Source: a bacterium (GTDB lineage Bacteria; Arandabacterota; Arandabacteria; Arandabacterales; Arandabacteraceae). Taken from it: a DNA stretch of 48,751 nucleotides. Below are positions 26,523-39,581 of the stretch, one piece after another (the stretch's first letter is position 1; every line of letters starts with the position of its first letter). The notes under the pieces are model-generated. The model was not told the origin of the DNA. It made no database searches and saw only the letters and a program-made list of their open reading frames with translations. The position numbers and the translations under genes are program-made. The DNA lies in contig JBAQHK010000251.1 in assembly GCA_049288275.1 (NCBI GenBank), positions 1 through 48,751 on the forward strand, written 5' to 3'.

Positions 26523-27098
26523 ATGTCGCAAGCGGTAGAGATCCGGTGGCACGGCAGGGGAGGGCAGGGCGCGAAGACCGCCGCTTTCCTGCTTGCCGAG
26601 TCACTGATAGACCAGGGCAAGTACGCCCAGGGCTTTCCCGATTACGGCCCGGAACGCATGGGCGCTCCGATCAGAGGCTACAACAGGATCAGCGACGAGC
26701 CGGTGAGGCTCCACTGTGACGTCAGGCGCCCCGACATCGTGGTGGTGCTGGACCCCACGCTGATAGGGACCGACGACATCACCTCAGGCCTGGCCGAGGA
26801 CGGCGTGGTGCTGGTGAATTCCACCGAGCCCGCGGCCGACTTGAGGGCCCGGCTCAAGCTCCAGGGGCGGAAGGTCTACACCGTAGACGCCGAGGGAATC
26901 GCGCTCAAGGAGATCGGCCGGCCGATCCCCAACTCCCCGATGATAGGCGCGCTCCTGAAGGTCAGGCCTCTCTCGGACATCGCGAGCATGGAAGCGATAG
27001 TCTCCAAGAAGTTCGAAGCCAAGTTCAGCGAGAAGGTTGTCAGCGGCAACTTGAGGGCGATGCGCAGGGGATACGAGGAGGTCAGAGGCGAGAAATGA
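26523..27098 (+). CDS. porG: pyruvate/2-oxoacid:ferredoxin oxidoreductase gamma subunit
   Basis: RWHGRGGQGAKTAA motif, about 190 aa, first gene of a gamma-delta-alpha-beta set. Confidence 0.88.
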   Translation: MSQAVEIRWHGRGGQGAKTAAFLLAESLIDQGKYAQGFPDYGPERMGAPIRGYNRISDEPVRLHCDVRRPDIVVVLDPTLIGTDDITSGLAEDGVVLVNSTEPAADLRARLKLQGRKVYTVDAEGIALKEIGRPIPNSPMIGALLKVRPLSDIASMEAIVSKKFEAKFSEKVVSGNLRAMRRGYEEVRGEK

Positions 27099-27403
27099 AG
27101 AAGCGTGGCTGGAAAGAGCTTGCTATAGGCGGAAGGATAGACGTCGCCGGCAACGCCGCGGAGTACGAGACCGGCTCCTGGCGCACCTTCCGTCCGGTCA
27201 AGAGTGAAGAGAAGTGCACCCACTGTCTGAGATGTTGGATCTACTGCCCCGACTCCGCCATCAAGGTCAAGGACGGCAAGGTCGTGGGGTTCGATCTGGA
27301 TCACTGCAAGGGTTGCGGGATATGCGCGGACGTATGTCCTCCGAAGGTGCACGCTATCGAGATGGTGCGCGAGTCGGAGATGAAGCAGAAGGAGCAGAAG
27401 TAA
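27095..27403 (+). CDS. porD: pyruvate:ferredoxin oxidoreductase delta subunit (2x[4Fe-4S])
   Basis: CTHCLRCWIYCP and CKGCGICADVCP. The stop overlaps the porA start (TAATG). Confidence 0.88.
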   Translation: MKKRGWKELAIGGRIDVAGNAAEYETGSWRTFRPVKSEEKCTHCLRCWIYCPDSAIKVKDGKVVGFDLDHCKGCGICADVCPPKVHAIEMVRESEMKQKEQK

Positions 27404-28596
27404 TGAAGACCCTGACCACAAAGACAAAGATGGCGCTGACCGGGAACGACGCCGTGGCCGAGGCCATGCGGCAGATCAATCCCGACGTCGTGGCCGCCTA
27501 TCCCATAACTCCCCAGACCGAGCTGATGCACAAGTTCGCAGACTACGTGGCCGACGGGGACGTCAAGACCGAGTTCGTGCTTGTGGAATCGGAGCACAGC
27601 GCGATGAGCGCGGCGGTGGGCGCCTCCGCGGCCGGCTCGCGGGTTGTGACCGCCACCTCGGCCAACGGGCTGGCCCTGATGTGGGAGATCCTGTACATAG
27701 CGGCTTCCACCCGCTGCCCGATCGTGATGGCCGACGTCAACCGGGCCCTCAGCGCTCCTATCAACATCCACTGCGATCACAGCGATTCCATGGGCGCGAG
27801 GGACGCCGGCTGGATCCACCTGCATTCCGAGAATTCCCAGGAAGCTTACGACAACATGGTCCAGGCTGTGAGGATCGCGGAGGACCGGCAGGTGTTGCTG
27901 CCGGTGATGGTGTGCCTCGACGGATTCATCTTGAGCCACACCCTGGAGCCGGTGGAGATCCTCGACGACAAGACCGTGCGTGACTTCATAGGCGAGTTCA
28001 GGCCTGTCCACAACCTGCTGGACAACGACAAGGCCATGACCTTCGGGCCTCTTGATTTCCACGACTACTACTTCGAGCACAAGATACCGCAGATCGTGGC
28101 GATGAGGCAGGCCTTCGGAGTGATCGACAGCGTGGCCGCGGAGTTCGAGAAGCTGAGCGGCAGGAAGTACCAGCACGTCGAGGAGTATCGCACCGCCGAC
28201 GCCGAGCGCGTGGTTGTGGCTCTCGGTTCAACCTGCGGCACCGCCAAGTGGGTGGTGGACCATCTGAGGTCCCGGGGCGAGAAGGTCGGCCTTCTCAAAG
28301 TGAGGACCTTCCGGCCCTTCCCCTACCATCTGGTGCGGCGGGCTCTGGCGGGCGCCAAGGCCGTGGCCGTGCTCGACCGCTCCCATTCCTTCGGAGCTCA
28401 GGGCGGACCGGTCTCGATTGAGGTCAGGGCTGCGCTCTATCACCACGCGTCGATTCCGACCAAGAACTACATTTACGGCCTGGGCGGCCGCGACGTTTCG
28501 GCCGAGCAGATTGAGCAGGCGTTCGAGGAACTCAAGACCCTTGCCGCGACCGGCAAGAGCTCAGACGACATCGGTTTCCTGGGCCTGAGGGAATAG
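27403..28596 (+). CDS. porA: pyruvate:ferredoxin oxidoreductase alpha subunit
   Basis: LTGNDAVAEAM..VVAAYPITPQTE, ESEHSAMSA; about 397 aa from ATG 27403. Confidence 0.9.
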   Translation: MKTLTTKTKMALTGNDAVAEAMRQINPDVVAAYPITPQTELMHKFADYVADGDVKTEFVLVESEHSAMSAAVGASAAGSRVVTATSANGLALMWEILYIAASTRCPIVMADVNRALSAPINIHCDHSDSMGARDAGWIHLHSENSQEAYDNMVQAVRIAEDRQVLLPVMVCLDGFILSHTLEPVEILDDKTVRDFIGEFRPVHNLLDNDKAMTFGPLDFHDYYFEHKIPQIVAMRQAFGVIDSVAAEFEKLSGRKYQHVEEYRTADAERVVVALGSTCGTAKWVVDHLRSRGEKVGLLKVRTFRPFPYHLVRRALAGAKAVAVLDRSHSFGAQGGPVSIEVRAALYHHASIPTKNYIYGLGGRDVSAEQIEQAFEELKTLAATGKSSDDIGFLGLRE

Positions 28597-28606
28597 GAGG
28601 ACTGAG

Positions 28607-29572
28607 GTGGCTAAGATAGGTCTCAAGGAGCTTTCCAAGCGAGAGGATCTCTTGTCCGGCGGGCACAGAGCCTGCGCCGGCTGCGCGGCGACCATGGTTG
28701 TGAGGCAGGTGCTCCTGGCGGCCGGCAAGGACACGGTCGTTGGCTGCGCCACAGGTTGCCTCGAGGTGGTCACCACCATCTTCCCGTACACCGCGTGGAA
28801 GATACCGTTCATCCACAACGCGTTCGAAAACGTGGCGGCCACGGTGAGCGGGGTGGAAGCGTCCTACAAGTCCTTGAAGCGCCAGGGCAAGATCACCAAG
28901 GACATGCGCTTCATAGCCTTCGGAGGCGACGGCGGGACTTACGACATCGGCCTCCAGGCCTTGTCGGGTGCGGCCGAGCGGGGCCACAGGATGCTCTACA
29001 TCTGCTACGACAACGAAGCCTACATGAACACCGGCATTCAGCGCTCGAGCGCCACGCCTCTGGGCGCCGCGACGTCCACTTGCCCGTCGGGCGACGTGAT
29101 CCCGGGCAAGCAGCAGTACACCAAGGACATGACCAAGATAATGATCGCCCACAGGATTCCCTACGTGGCGCAGGCCTCTCCGAGCCATTGGTCGGACCTG
29201 GTGGAGAAGGTCCAGACAGCGCTCTCCAAGGACGGCCCGACCTTCATCAACGTGCTGGCCCCGTGTCATCGCGGGTGGCGCTATCCGATGGAGAAGACCG
29301 TGGAGATGGCGAGGCTTGCGGTTGAGACCTGCTACTGGCCGCTCTACGAATACGATGAGGGGACCTGGCGGATAACCTACACCCCAAAGGAGAAGCTGCC
29401 CCTTACCGAGTGGACCGGCAGGCAGGGCAGGTTCGCCCACCTCAAGGACAAGCCGGAGTTGCTTGCCAGGGGTCAGGCCGAGGTTGATCGGCGCTGGAAC
29501 GAAATCAACGCTCTTGCCGGCATCGGCAATCTGTGCGAGAGCCCTTGGAAGGAAGGTAAGAGCGCGGCCTGA
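28607..29572 (+). CDS. porB: pyruvate:ferredoxin oxidoreductase beta subunit (TPP-binding)
   Basis: CAGCAATMVVR and GGDGGTYDIG..YDNEAYMNTG TPP motif. GTG after GGAGGA. Confidence 0.9.
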   Translation: MAKIGLKELSKREDLLSGGHRACAGCAATMVVRQVLLAAGKDTVVGCATGCLEVVTTIFPYTAWKIPFIHNAFENVAATVSGVEASYKSLKRQGKITKDMRFIAFGGDGGTYDIGLQALSGAAERGHRMLYICYDNEAYMNTGIQRSSATPLGAATSTCPSGDVIPGKQQYTKDMTKIMIAHRIPYVAQASPSHWSDLVEKVQTALSKDGPTFINVLAPCHRGWRYPMEKTVEMARLAVETCYWPLYEYDEGTWRITYTPKEKLPLTEWTGRQGRFAHLKDKPELLARGQAEVDRRWNEINALAGIGNLCESPWKEGKSAA

Positions 29573-30048
29573 TGAGGACCCTTGCGGGGAGACTGGCCGA
29601 GGCCGTGGGCACGGGTTTCTACTCGGGGCTCTTCCCGATAGCCCCGGGAACCGTGGGCAGCGTGGTAGGGGTTGTGCTCTACCTTGCGTTGGTGAGGTTG
29701 GGCGCGGTCTCGGCGGGATTCTCGCTCGGGTGGGTGGTTGTGCTGGCCGCGGTGCTGGTTGTGGGAGCTCTCTGCGCCGGTCGCCTGGAAAGGCGGCTGG
29801 GCCCCGATCACAAGCGAATCGTCATAGATGAGGTCTGGGGCATGCTGGTGTCGCTCGCTTTTCTGCCTCCCGCCACCCGGTACGTGGTTGCGGGGTTCCT
29901 GCTCTTCAGGTTCTTCGATATCGTCAAGCCCTTTCCCGCCCGCAGGGCCGAGCGCATCACCCGCGGCTGGGGTGTGATGCTGGACGACGGCGTGGCGGGG
30001 ATCTATGCCTGCGTGGTGCTCCATCTGGCAAGAGCAGTCTTGGGGTAG
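29572..30048 (+). CDS. pgpA: phosphatidylglycerophosphatase A
   Basis: GTGFYSGLFPIAPGTVGS, FRFFDIVKPFP, MLDDGVAGIYA. The ATG overlaps the porB stop (TGATG). Confidence 0.88.
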   Translation: MRTLAGRLAEAVGTGFYSGLFPIAPGTVGSVVGVVLYLALVRLGAVSAGFSLGWVVVLAAVLVVGALCAGRLERRLGPDHKRIVIDEVWGMLVSLAFLPPATRYVVAGFLLFRFFDIVKPFPARRAERITRGWGVMLDDGVAGIYACVVLHLARAVLG

Positions 30049-30054
30049 CTCGGA

Positions 30055-31341
30055 GTGAAGACCGCAATCGTAGCTATCGGCGACGAGATAACAAGTGGCC
30101 TCAAGACAGACACCAACTCGGGCTGGCTTGCGGCGCGGCTGGGTGAGATCGGCATCAGCGTCTCCGGGGTCTTCGCGGTCGGCGACCGGTTGGGCGACGT
30201 AGTCGATCTGCTGAGGCAGGTCGCCCGCGACTACCAACTGGTGCTGGCGACCGGCGGCCTGGGCCCCACGCACGACGACATCACCCGGCAGGCGCTGGCT
30301 GAGGCCTTCGAACGGCCGCTGGTGCTGGACCGTGCGACGCAGACACGGATTGAGGAGCGATTCAGATCGCGCGGCCTCGCGGCGCCCGAGGCGATTGCGG
30401 CTCTCGCGATGGTACCTCGGGGGGCGGTGGTGATTCCCAATCCGGCCGGAACCGCCCCCGGGCTGCTGGTGAGGCACGGCGAGGCCAGGGTATACGTCTT
30501 CCCCGGTGTGCCCCAGGAGGTCGAGGCGATCTTCCGGGCGGGCGTGCTGGACGGGCTCGCGGGTCTGGCGCCGGCGAGGTTCATCAAGACCAGGATCGTG
30601 AAGACGGTCGGGATAACCGAGTCCGCGATCGCGGACCGGCTTCGGCCCGTGCTTTCCCGGATCAAGGTCCGGCTTGCCTATCTTCCGGAGGACATCGGGG
30701 TCCGGCTCACCCTCACCGCCGAGTCCGACGATCAGTCGCGCGCCCTTGCCTCGCTTGAGGAGGCCGTCGCCACGGTGGTCGGGGCGGTCGGAGATCGCGT
30801 CTATTCCACCGCCGGGGAGGAACTCCACGATGTGGTGGCAGCAGCGCTCTTGAGATCCGGCCGCACCATAGCGGTGGCGGAGTCATGTACCGGCGGGCTG
30901 GTGGCCCATCTGCTGACCGAGGTGCCCGGGATATCGGCGGTGCTGGAGCGGGCTGTTGTGGCATACAGCAACCGCGCCAAGACCGACGCCCTGGGTGTGG
31001 CAGCCGACCTGATAACCCGGCACGGAGCGGTGAGCGGCGAGGTGGCCGAAGCGATGGCGGTGGGTGTCAGGCGACGCGCCGGGACCGACCTCGGGCTGGC
31101 GACCACAGGGATCGCGGGGCCTTCGGGCGGATCACCGTCAAAGCCTGTCGGTCTGGTGTACACCGCGCTTGCTTCGGGCGAGCGGTGCCGGGTGGCCGAG
31201 CACAGGCTGGCGGGGGACAGGGGGCTCGTCAAGCGAAGGGCCGCGGCGCGGGCGCTGGACATGGTCAGGTCAAGCCTGGCGGGACCGGCCGGCGAGGATC
31301 GGCCGCGCGGCAAGGAGCGCGATGAACGACCGGTTCGGTGA
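30055..31341 (+). CDS. cinA: CinA family protein (MoCF-binding domain + nicotinamide-nucleotide amidohydrolase PncC domain)
   Basis: IVAIGDEITSG...DTNS, LATGGLGPTHDDIT, C-terminal VAESCTGG..GIAGPSGG. Confidence 0.88.
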   Translation: MKTAIVAIGDEITSGLKTDTNSGWLAARLGEIGISVSGVFAVGDRLGDVVDLLRQVARDYQLVLATGGLGPTHDDITRQALAEAFERPLVLDRATQTRIEERFRSRGLAAPEAIAALAMVPRGAVVIPNPAGTAPGLLVRHGEARVYVFPGVPQEVEAIFRAGVLDGLAGLAPARFIKTRIVKTVGITESAIADRLRPVLSRIKVRLAYLPEDIGVRLTLTAESDDQSRALASLEEAVATVVGAVGDRVYSTAGEELHDVVAAALLRSGRTIAVAESCTGGLVAHLLTEVPGISAVLERAVVAYSNRAKTDALGVAADLITRHGAVSGEVAEAMAVGVRRRAGTDLGLATTGIAGPSGGSPSKPVGLVYTALASGERCRVAEHRLAGDRGLVKRRAAARALDMVRSSLAGPAGEDRPRGKERDERPVR

Positions 31342-31918
31342 CCTTCACAAGATCAGGGCCTTCATCGCGGTACCGGTCAGCGACGAGGCCAGGCAGATGG
31401 TGGGCGAGGTCGAGACCGATCTCAGGTCCGCCGGCGCCGCCGTGAAGTGGGTGGAGCCGCGCAACGTCCACATGACTCTGAAGTTCCTGGGAGACACCAA
31501 GACCCGGCAGCTGGACGATCTCGTCGCCGCGATCCGCGAAAGCCTGGCGGGCGCCGCGTCCTTCGATCTGGAGCTGGCCGGGATCGGCACATTTCCTCCC
31601 GGCACGCGCAACCTCAGAGTGATATGGATAGGCACCGGCGAGGGCAGGGAGCCCCTCGCCGATCTGGCCCGCAGGGTGGAGGACGCCTGCGCCAGAGTGG
31701 GCTTCGCCAAGGAGGCGCGCGCCTTCTCACCGCACCTCACCATAGGCAGGGTGAGGCCCGGCTCCGGCTCCCTGGACCGACTTGCCGCCGCCGTAGCCGA
31801 GGCCCGATTTAATCCCTTGAAAGTCGCAGTCCAGCGGGTTAATCTCACCAGAAGTGAGTTGAGTCCCAAGGGACCTACCTACACGGTTCTGGAGAGTTTC
31901 GCTCTGGAACACAGCTGA
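31322..31918 (+). CDS. thpR: RNA 2',3'-cyclic phosphodiesterase (2H phosphoesterase, LigT/ThpR)
   Basis: Two H-x-T-x motifs ([14 protein letters not shown]). ATG 31322 overlaps the cinA end by 20 nt. Confidence 0.85.
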   Translation: MNDRFGDLHKIRAFIAVPVSDEARQMVGEVETDLRSAGAAVKWVEPRNVHMTLKFLGDTKTRQLDDLVAAIRESLAGAASFDLELAGIGTFPPGTRNLRVIWIGTGEGREPLADLARRVEDACARVGFAKEARAFSPHLTIGRVRPGSGSLDRLAAAVAEARFNPLKVAVQRVNLTRSELSPKGPTYTVLESFALEHS

Positions 31919-31932
31919 AAGGGGGGTGGGGT

Positions 31933-33060
31933 ATGGACTTGAAGGAGAAGACCGGTGGCGGGGTGGACAGAATGGTCGATAGGTCCAAGCCGAAGGAGAA
32001 GGCGCTCGAGGTCGCCATCACGCAGATCGAGAGGCAATTCGGCAAGGGCGCGATAATGCGGCTGGGTGAGGGTCCTACTTCGGAGCAAATCGGCGTGATC
32101 TCGACCGGGTCGCTCGGGCTGGACGGGGCGCTCGGCTTGGGCGGCGTCCCGCGTGGGCGGATAATCGAGGTCTTCGGTCCGGAATCCTCCGGCAAGACCA
32201 CGCTGGTGCTGCACATAATAGCCAACGCCCAGAAGACCGGCGGCATGGCGGCCTTCATCGACGCCGAGCACGCCCTGGATCCCGCCTACGCGCAGAAGCT
32301 GGGCGTGGACGTCGACAACCTCTTGGTCTCGCAGCCGGACACCGGCGAGCAGGCCCTGGAGATCACCGACATGTTGATCCGCAGCGGCGCGCTGGACATG
32401 GTCGCCATCGACTCGGTGGCTGCGCTTGTGCCCCGTGCGGAGATCGACGGCGAGATGGGCGAGTCCCAGATCGGACTCCAGGCCAGGCTGATGTCGCAGG
32501 CCTTGAGGAAACTGACGGGCAACATAAGCAAGTCCAGAACATGCCTGGTCTTCGTCAACCAAATCAGGATGAACATAGGGGTTATGTTCGGCAATCCCGA
32601 GACCACCTCCGGCGGCAGGGCCCTCAAGTTCTACTCGTCGGTGAGGATGGACATCCGGCGGATAGGATCCATAAAGGACGGCGACCAGGTGGTGGGCAAC
32701 AGGACCAAGGTCAAGGTGGTCAAGAACAAGATGGCGCCGCCTTTCAAGGACGCCGAGTTCGACATAATCTACGGCGAGGGCATCTCCTACCACGGCGAGC
32801 TGATCGACCTGGGCGTCAACCTCAATCTGGTGGAGAAGACCGGGACCTGGATATCCTACGGCAAGGAGCGGCTGGGCCAGGGCAGGGACAACGCCCGGAA
32901 GTACCTGAAGGAGAATCCCGAGATCGCCGCCAAGATCGACGCGGCGGTGCGCCAGGCCATGGGCCTCAAGCCTCCGTCGCGGGGGAAGGACCTTCCACCG
33001 GCCGAGCCCCTGGATGAGTCCCTGAGGAAGAAACTCAAGTCGCCCGGCGGACGGGACTGA
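31933..33060 (+). CDS. recA: recombinase RecA
   Basis: GPESSGKTT Walker [18 protein letters not shown], canonical throughout. Confidence 0.97.
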   Translation: MDLKEKTGGGVDRMVDRSKPKEKALEVAITQIERQFGKGAIMRLGEGPTSEQIGVISTGSLGLDGALGLGGVPRGRIIEVFGPESSGKTTLVLHIIANAQKTGGMAAFIDAEHALDPAYAQKLGVDVDNLLVSQPDTGEQALEITDMLIRSGALDMVAIDSVAALVPRAEIDGEMGESQIGLQARLMSQALRKLTGNISKSRTCLVFVNQIRMNIGVMFGNPETTSGGRALKFYSSVRMDIRRIGSIKDGDQVVGNRTKVKVVKNKMAPPFKDAEFDIIYGEGISYHGELIDLGVNLNLVEKTGTWISYGKERLGQGRDNARKYLKENPEIAAKIDAAVRQAMGLKPPSRGKDLPPAEPLDESLRKKLKSPGGRD

Positions 33061-33077
33061 AGCGGCACGCCAATCAC

Positions 33078-33739
33078 ATGACCAGGTCGGGAGATTGGCC
33101 CACCATAGCGGCGCTCAAGAAGATTCCCCGCAAGCGTGAGTGGCTCTTGAGACTCTCCGACGGCAATCTCGTCAAGGTGATGGAGGACGATGTGGCCCGG
33201 TTCTCGCTCGCCGAGGGCGTCGAGGTCACCGAGGAGCTTGCGCGGGATCTGGCGAGCCGCTACGAGTACGGTAGGGCGAGGGCTCTCGCGGTGAGGTTGT
33301 TGAAGGTTCGGCCGCGCACCGAGGGTGAGCTGAGGTTGAGGCTTCGCGCCGGCGGGATCGGCCCCGCAGCGGCGGAGCCCCTGCTCGCCGATCTCAAGCG
33401 CGACGGCCTGGTGAACGACCGCCTCTTTTCCCGGCTTTGGGCCGGTGAGAAGATGAGGCTGGGCGCCACCGGCAGGAGGCGGGTGGTCGCGGAGCTGAGG
33501 TCCAAGCACGTTGACCCGGGTACCGCTGAGGCCGAGACCGACGGTGTCTACTCGGCTGAGGAGGAGATTGAGGCCGCAAAGCAGCTGGCCGTCAGGCGGG
33601 CCGCCAAGATGGGGCGCATCGCTCCTGACGTCATGAAGCGGCGGCTTTACCAGCATCTGGTGAGGCGGGGCTTCGAGTCCGATGTGGCGGCCGAGGCCAC
33701 GCACTACGCCTTGCGCTCTTCGGGGGAGAAAGGCACAGA

Positions 33740-33743
<4 letters not shown>
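33078..33743 (+). CDS. recX: recombination regulator RecX
   Basis: Position after recA. Repeated three-helix units (RS..ELR.RL...G). ATGA overlap with alaS. Confidence 0.75.
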
Positions 33744-36341
<2,598 letters not shown>

Positions 36342-36358
<17 letters not shown>

Positions 36359-36563
36359 CGACCCGGCCAAGACGGGCCGGGCGGTCGCCTGCCAGTGGAA
36401 GTGCGGCGTGTGCGGGGCGGTCTGCGGCGAGGATGCCCTGAGGGAAGACCCTTCGGGCTTCACCATCGACCGGTCGAGGTGCTCGAAGTGTATGGCCTGC
36501 GTGGAGTCGTGCCCGGCGGGACTGGTGCCGGCAGGACTCGTGGGAGGAGACCGGGTTGGCTGA
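36342..36563 (+). CDS. small 4Fe-4S ferredoxin (about 73 aa)
   Basis: GTG 36342, 17-nt overlap with alaS. CQWKCGVCGAVC plus canonical CSKCMACVESCP. 8-nt overlap with the downstream reductase. The longer track ORF from 36171 lies inside alaS. Confidence 0.65.
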
Positions 36564-37731
36564 TTTTGACGTCGCCGTTGTGGGTGCCGGGTGCTCGGGA
36601 CTGTGGGCTGCGGTGACCGCTCGGCGCGGCGGCGGTCGAGTCCTGCTGCTTGAGCGCAACGCCGGGATCGGCGAGCGAATCCTGTGCGCCGAGGGAGTCG
36701 GGCGGGCGGGCTTGTCGGCCCTGATGCCGGTGAGGCCCGAGTGGATCGCCGAGCCCGTGGACGGAGTGTTTTTCCGGGCGCCCGGGGGACAGCGGGCAGA
36801 GATCAGGGAGCCGGGCGCCGGATTCGTCGCCCACAAGGAGATTGTGCTCCGCGACCTGGCCGGTGCGGCCGCCGAGGCCGGCGTGGAGATCCGGCTGGGC
36901 TGCGAGGTCCGCGATCTCAGGCAGGCGGGCCCGAGGGAGTGGTCGGTGGAGATCGCGACCGGTTCCGGCGTGACCACGGTGAGCTGCGGCTCGGTGGTGG
37001 GCGCCGACGGCATAGAGTGCCGGATCGGGCGACGGCTGGGCATCAAGCGCGCCCTGAAGCGCAGCGACTTGTTCTTGTGCGCCCAGTACACGGTCGCTCC
37101 GGTGGATGCCCCTGTCGGGGCGATAGAGATTCACCTGGGACGCGAGGTGGCGCCGGGAGGATATGCCTGGGTCTTTCCCAAGGGGGAAGGGGTCGCCAAC
37201 GTGGGGTTGGGAGTGCTTGGTGAGCCGGGAGGCCGGCCTGCGGTGGAGTACCTCAAGCGGTTCGTGCGGGCCCGATGCCCGGAGTCGAAGATAGTGAAGG
37301 CGGTGGTCGGGGGCGTGCCCTCGGAGCGAGAGCCCTTCAAGGCCTCGGCCGGCGGGGTTTTCCTCGCGGGTGATGCGGCCCGCATGCCCGATCCGGTCTC
37401 GGGTGCCGGAATCGTTCCTGGAATGGCGTCCGGCGAGGTTGCCGGCCGTCACGCTCTGCGTCATGCCCTGGGCCAGTCCGACCTTGAGGCCGGCGACAGA
37501 GAATTCGCGAAGGCCATGAGAGCAATGTCGGCGGACAGGAAGGTGCACTGGGCCCTGAGGCAGGCGCTCACGCGCATGAGCGACAAGGACCTCGCGAAGA
37601 TGGTGGCGCTGATCGGGGACTATGCAGGCAGGGGTCTGTCCTTGAGGAGCAATCCGATGGCGTTCGTGGGTTTCCTTGCCAGGAAGATGCCGACATGCTT
37701 CAGACTTGCCCGGCATCTTGTGGGGGTCTGA
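36556..37731 (+). CDS. geranylgeranyl reductase family FAD-dependent oxidoreductase
   Basis: DVAVVGAGCSGLWAA dinucleotide fold, ILCAEGV, GGYAWVFPKGEGVANVGLG, FLAGDAARMPDPVSGAGI, all hallmarks of the GGR family. TTG start. Confidence 0.8.
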   Translation: MADFDVAVVGAGCSGLWAAVTARRGGGRVLLLERNAGIGERILCAEGVGRAGLSALMPVRPEWIAEPVDGVFFRAPGGQRAEIREPGAGFVAHKEIVLRDLAGAAAEAGVEIRLGCEVRDLRQAGPREWSVEIATGSGVTTVSCGSVVGADGIECRIGRRLGIKRALKRSDLFLCAQYTVAPVDAPVGAIEIHLGREVAPGGYAWVFPKGEGVANVGLGVLGEPGGRPAVEYLKRFVRARCPESKIVKAVVGGVPSEREPFKASAGGVFLAGDAARMPDPVSGAGIVPGMASGEVAGRHALRHALGQSDLEAGDREFAKAMRAMSADRKVHWALRQALTRMSDKDLAKMVALIGDYAGRGLSLRSNPMAFVGFLARKMPTCFRLARHLVGV

Positions 37732-37732
37732 C

Positions 37733-38506
37733 GTGGGACGTACCTATCAGTCGGTGCTCGAGGTGGCCGGGAGCCGGGGCTCGGGTTACGTGGTGCTCCT
37801 GGACCCCGACAAGGCTCCGGCCGATGACCTGGGCCGCCAGGCCGAGCTCGCCTCCAGGCACGCGGATTTCATATTCGTCGGCGGCAGCCTCTGTGTCAGG
37901 CACGACTTTGACCCCGCCGTCAAAGCAGTCAAGGCCGCCTCCGGGGTTCCGGTGGTGATCTTCCCCGGGGATTCCACCCAGGTTTCGGCGCACGCCGACG
38001 CTCTGCTCTTCCTGAGCCTGGTCAGCGGCAGGAACGCCGATCTCCTGATAGGGGAGCACGTCAAGGCCGCCCCGATCATCAAGCGTCAAGGGCTGGAAGT
38101 CATACCTGTTGCCTACATGCTGGTCGAGTCCGGCCGGATGACCTCGGTGCAGTTCATGAGCCAGTCGCTGGCGATTCCCAGAACCAAGCCGGAGATAGCC
38201 ATGGCTCATGCCCTGGCCGGGGAGTACCTCGGCATGAAGTTGGTCTACATGGACGCCGGCAGCGGGGCCCAGGATCACGTGCCTGTTGAAATCATTGAAG
38301 CGGTGAGCAAGTATGTGTCGATACCGGTAGTGGTGGGCGGAGGCATACGCACTCCCCGCCAGGCCGAGGCGGTTGCGAAGGCCGGGGCGTCCCTGGTTGT
38401 GACCGGCGACGTGATAGAGCAGACGGGCTCGGCGGCGCTCCTGAAGGAGCTCGCCGACGCGGTTCACCGGTTGCCTTCGCGGTCTGCCGGCCCCGAAAGG
38501 AGCTGA
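37733..38506 (+). CDS. (hepta/geranylgeranyl)prenylglyceryl phosphate synthase, PcrB/GGGPS family
   Basis: TIM-barrel GGGPS/PcrB pattern: VLLDPDK, FIFVGGS, VVIFPG, FLSLVSGRN, VPVAYMLVE, KLVYMDAGSGA, VVVGGGIR. GTG starts 1 nt after the reductase stop. Confidence 0.8.
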   Translation: MGRTYQSVLEVAGSRGSGYVVLLDPDKAPADDLGRQAELASRHADFIFVGGSLCVRHDFDPAVKAVKAASGVPVVIFPGDSTQVSAHADALLFLSLVSGRNADLLIGEHVKAAPIIKRQGLEVIPVAYMLVESGRMTSVQFMSQSLAIPRTKPEIAMAHALAGEYLGMKLVYMDAGSGAQDHVPVEIIEAVSKYVSIPVVVGGGIRTPRQAEAVAKAGASLVVTGDVIEQTGSAALLKELADAVHRLPSRSAGPERS

Positions 38507-39576
38507 TCGCTACGCGAGCTCTGATCCTGAGTGGAGGCAAGGGCACGAGGTTGAGGCCCATCACCCACACCAGCGCGAAGCAGCTTGTGCCGATCGCCAA
38601 CAAGCCGATCCTGTTCTACGGGATCGAAGCGATCCGAGACGCCGGGATAGCCGACATAGGGATCGTGGTCGGTGACACCGCTGCGGAGATTGAGGCCGCG
38701 GTGGGCGATGGGTCGAAGTTCGGAGTCAAGGTGACCTACATCCGGCAGGACGCTCCTCTGGGGCTCGCCCACGCGGTGAAGGTGGCCCGGAAGTTCATCG
38801 AAGACCAGCGCTTCGTGATGTACCTAGGCGACAACCTGATCATCGAGGGCATAACCGACTTCGTACGCAAGTTCGAGAGCGGTGCTGCCAACTGCCAGAT
38901 ACTGCTGGCTCACGTGCCCAACCCCCAGGATTTCGGGGTGGCGGAGCTGGAGGGGGACCGGGTGACGCGCCTGGTGGAGAAGCCGCGCGAGCCCAAGACC
39001 GATCTCGCGCTGGTGGGCGTGTACATGTTCGACAGGACGGTCTTCGAGGCCGCCGAGGCGATCGGGCCTTCCTCCCGGGGCGAGCTGGAGATCACCGACG
39101 CGATTCAGCGCCTTATAGACTGCGGGCTGGATGTCCAGTGCCAGGTGATAACCGGCTGGTGGAAGGACACCGGCAAACTGGAGGACATCCTCGAGGCCAA
39201 CGGGATGATACTGGGCAGGGCGGAGACCAGGATCGAAGGCCACCTGGACTCCAAGAGCCGGGTGGACGGCAAGGTGATCCTGGAGAAGGGTTGCCAAGTG
39301 GTGAACAGCGTCCTGAGGGGGCCGCTGGTGATCGGCGAGCGCTCGCGGATAGTGGACTCGTACGTGGGGCCCTTCACCTCGGTCTACTACGACGTCGAGA
39401 TAAGAGGCAGTGAGATCGAGCACAGCATAGTGCTCGAGGGCAGTCGGATCGTGGACGTGCGGGGCAGAATCGAAAGCAGCCTGGTGGGCAAGAACGTTGT
39501 GATCGAGCGGCACGACCAGCCGCCCAAGGCCAACAGATTCATGGTGGGCGACTACAGCCGCATTCAGCTGGAGTAG
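38503..39576 (+). CDS. rfbA: glucose-1-phosphate thymidylyltransferase, long form with LbH C-terminal domain; start codon uncertain (no in-frame ATG/GTG/TTG before the GxGTRL motif)
   Basis: LILSGGKGTRLRPIT..KQLVPIANKP nucleotidyltransferase motif begins at nt 38521, upstream of the first canonical start (TTG 38551). C-terminal left-handed beta-helix hexapeptides. 38503 is a CTG overlapping the upstream TGA. Confidence 0.8.
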   Translation: MIATRALILSGGKGTRLRPITHTSAKQLVPIANKPILFYGIEAIRDAGIADIGIVVGDTAAEIEAAVGDGSKFGVKVTYIRQDAPLGLAHAVKVARKFIEDQRFVMYLGDNLIIEGITDFVRKFESGAANCQILLAHVPNPQDFGVAELEGDRVTRLVEKPREPKTDLALVGVYMFDRTVFEAAEAIGPSSRGELEITDAIQRLIDCGLDVQCQVITGWWKDTGKLEDILEANGMILGRAETRIEGHLDSKSRVDGKVILEKGCQVVNSVLRGPLVIGERSRIVDSYVGPFTSVYYDVEIRGSEIEHSIVLEGSRIVDVRGRIESSLVGKNVVIERHDQPPKANRFMVGDYSRIQLE

Positions 39577-39581
39577 AAGCT

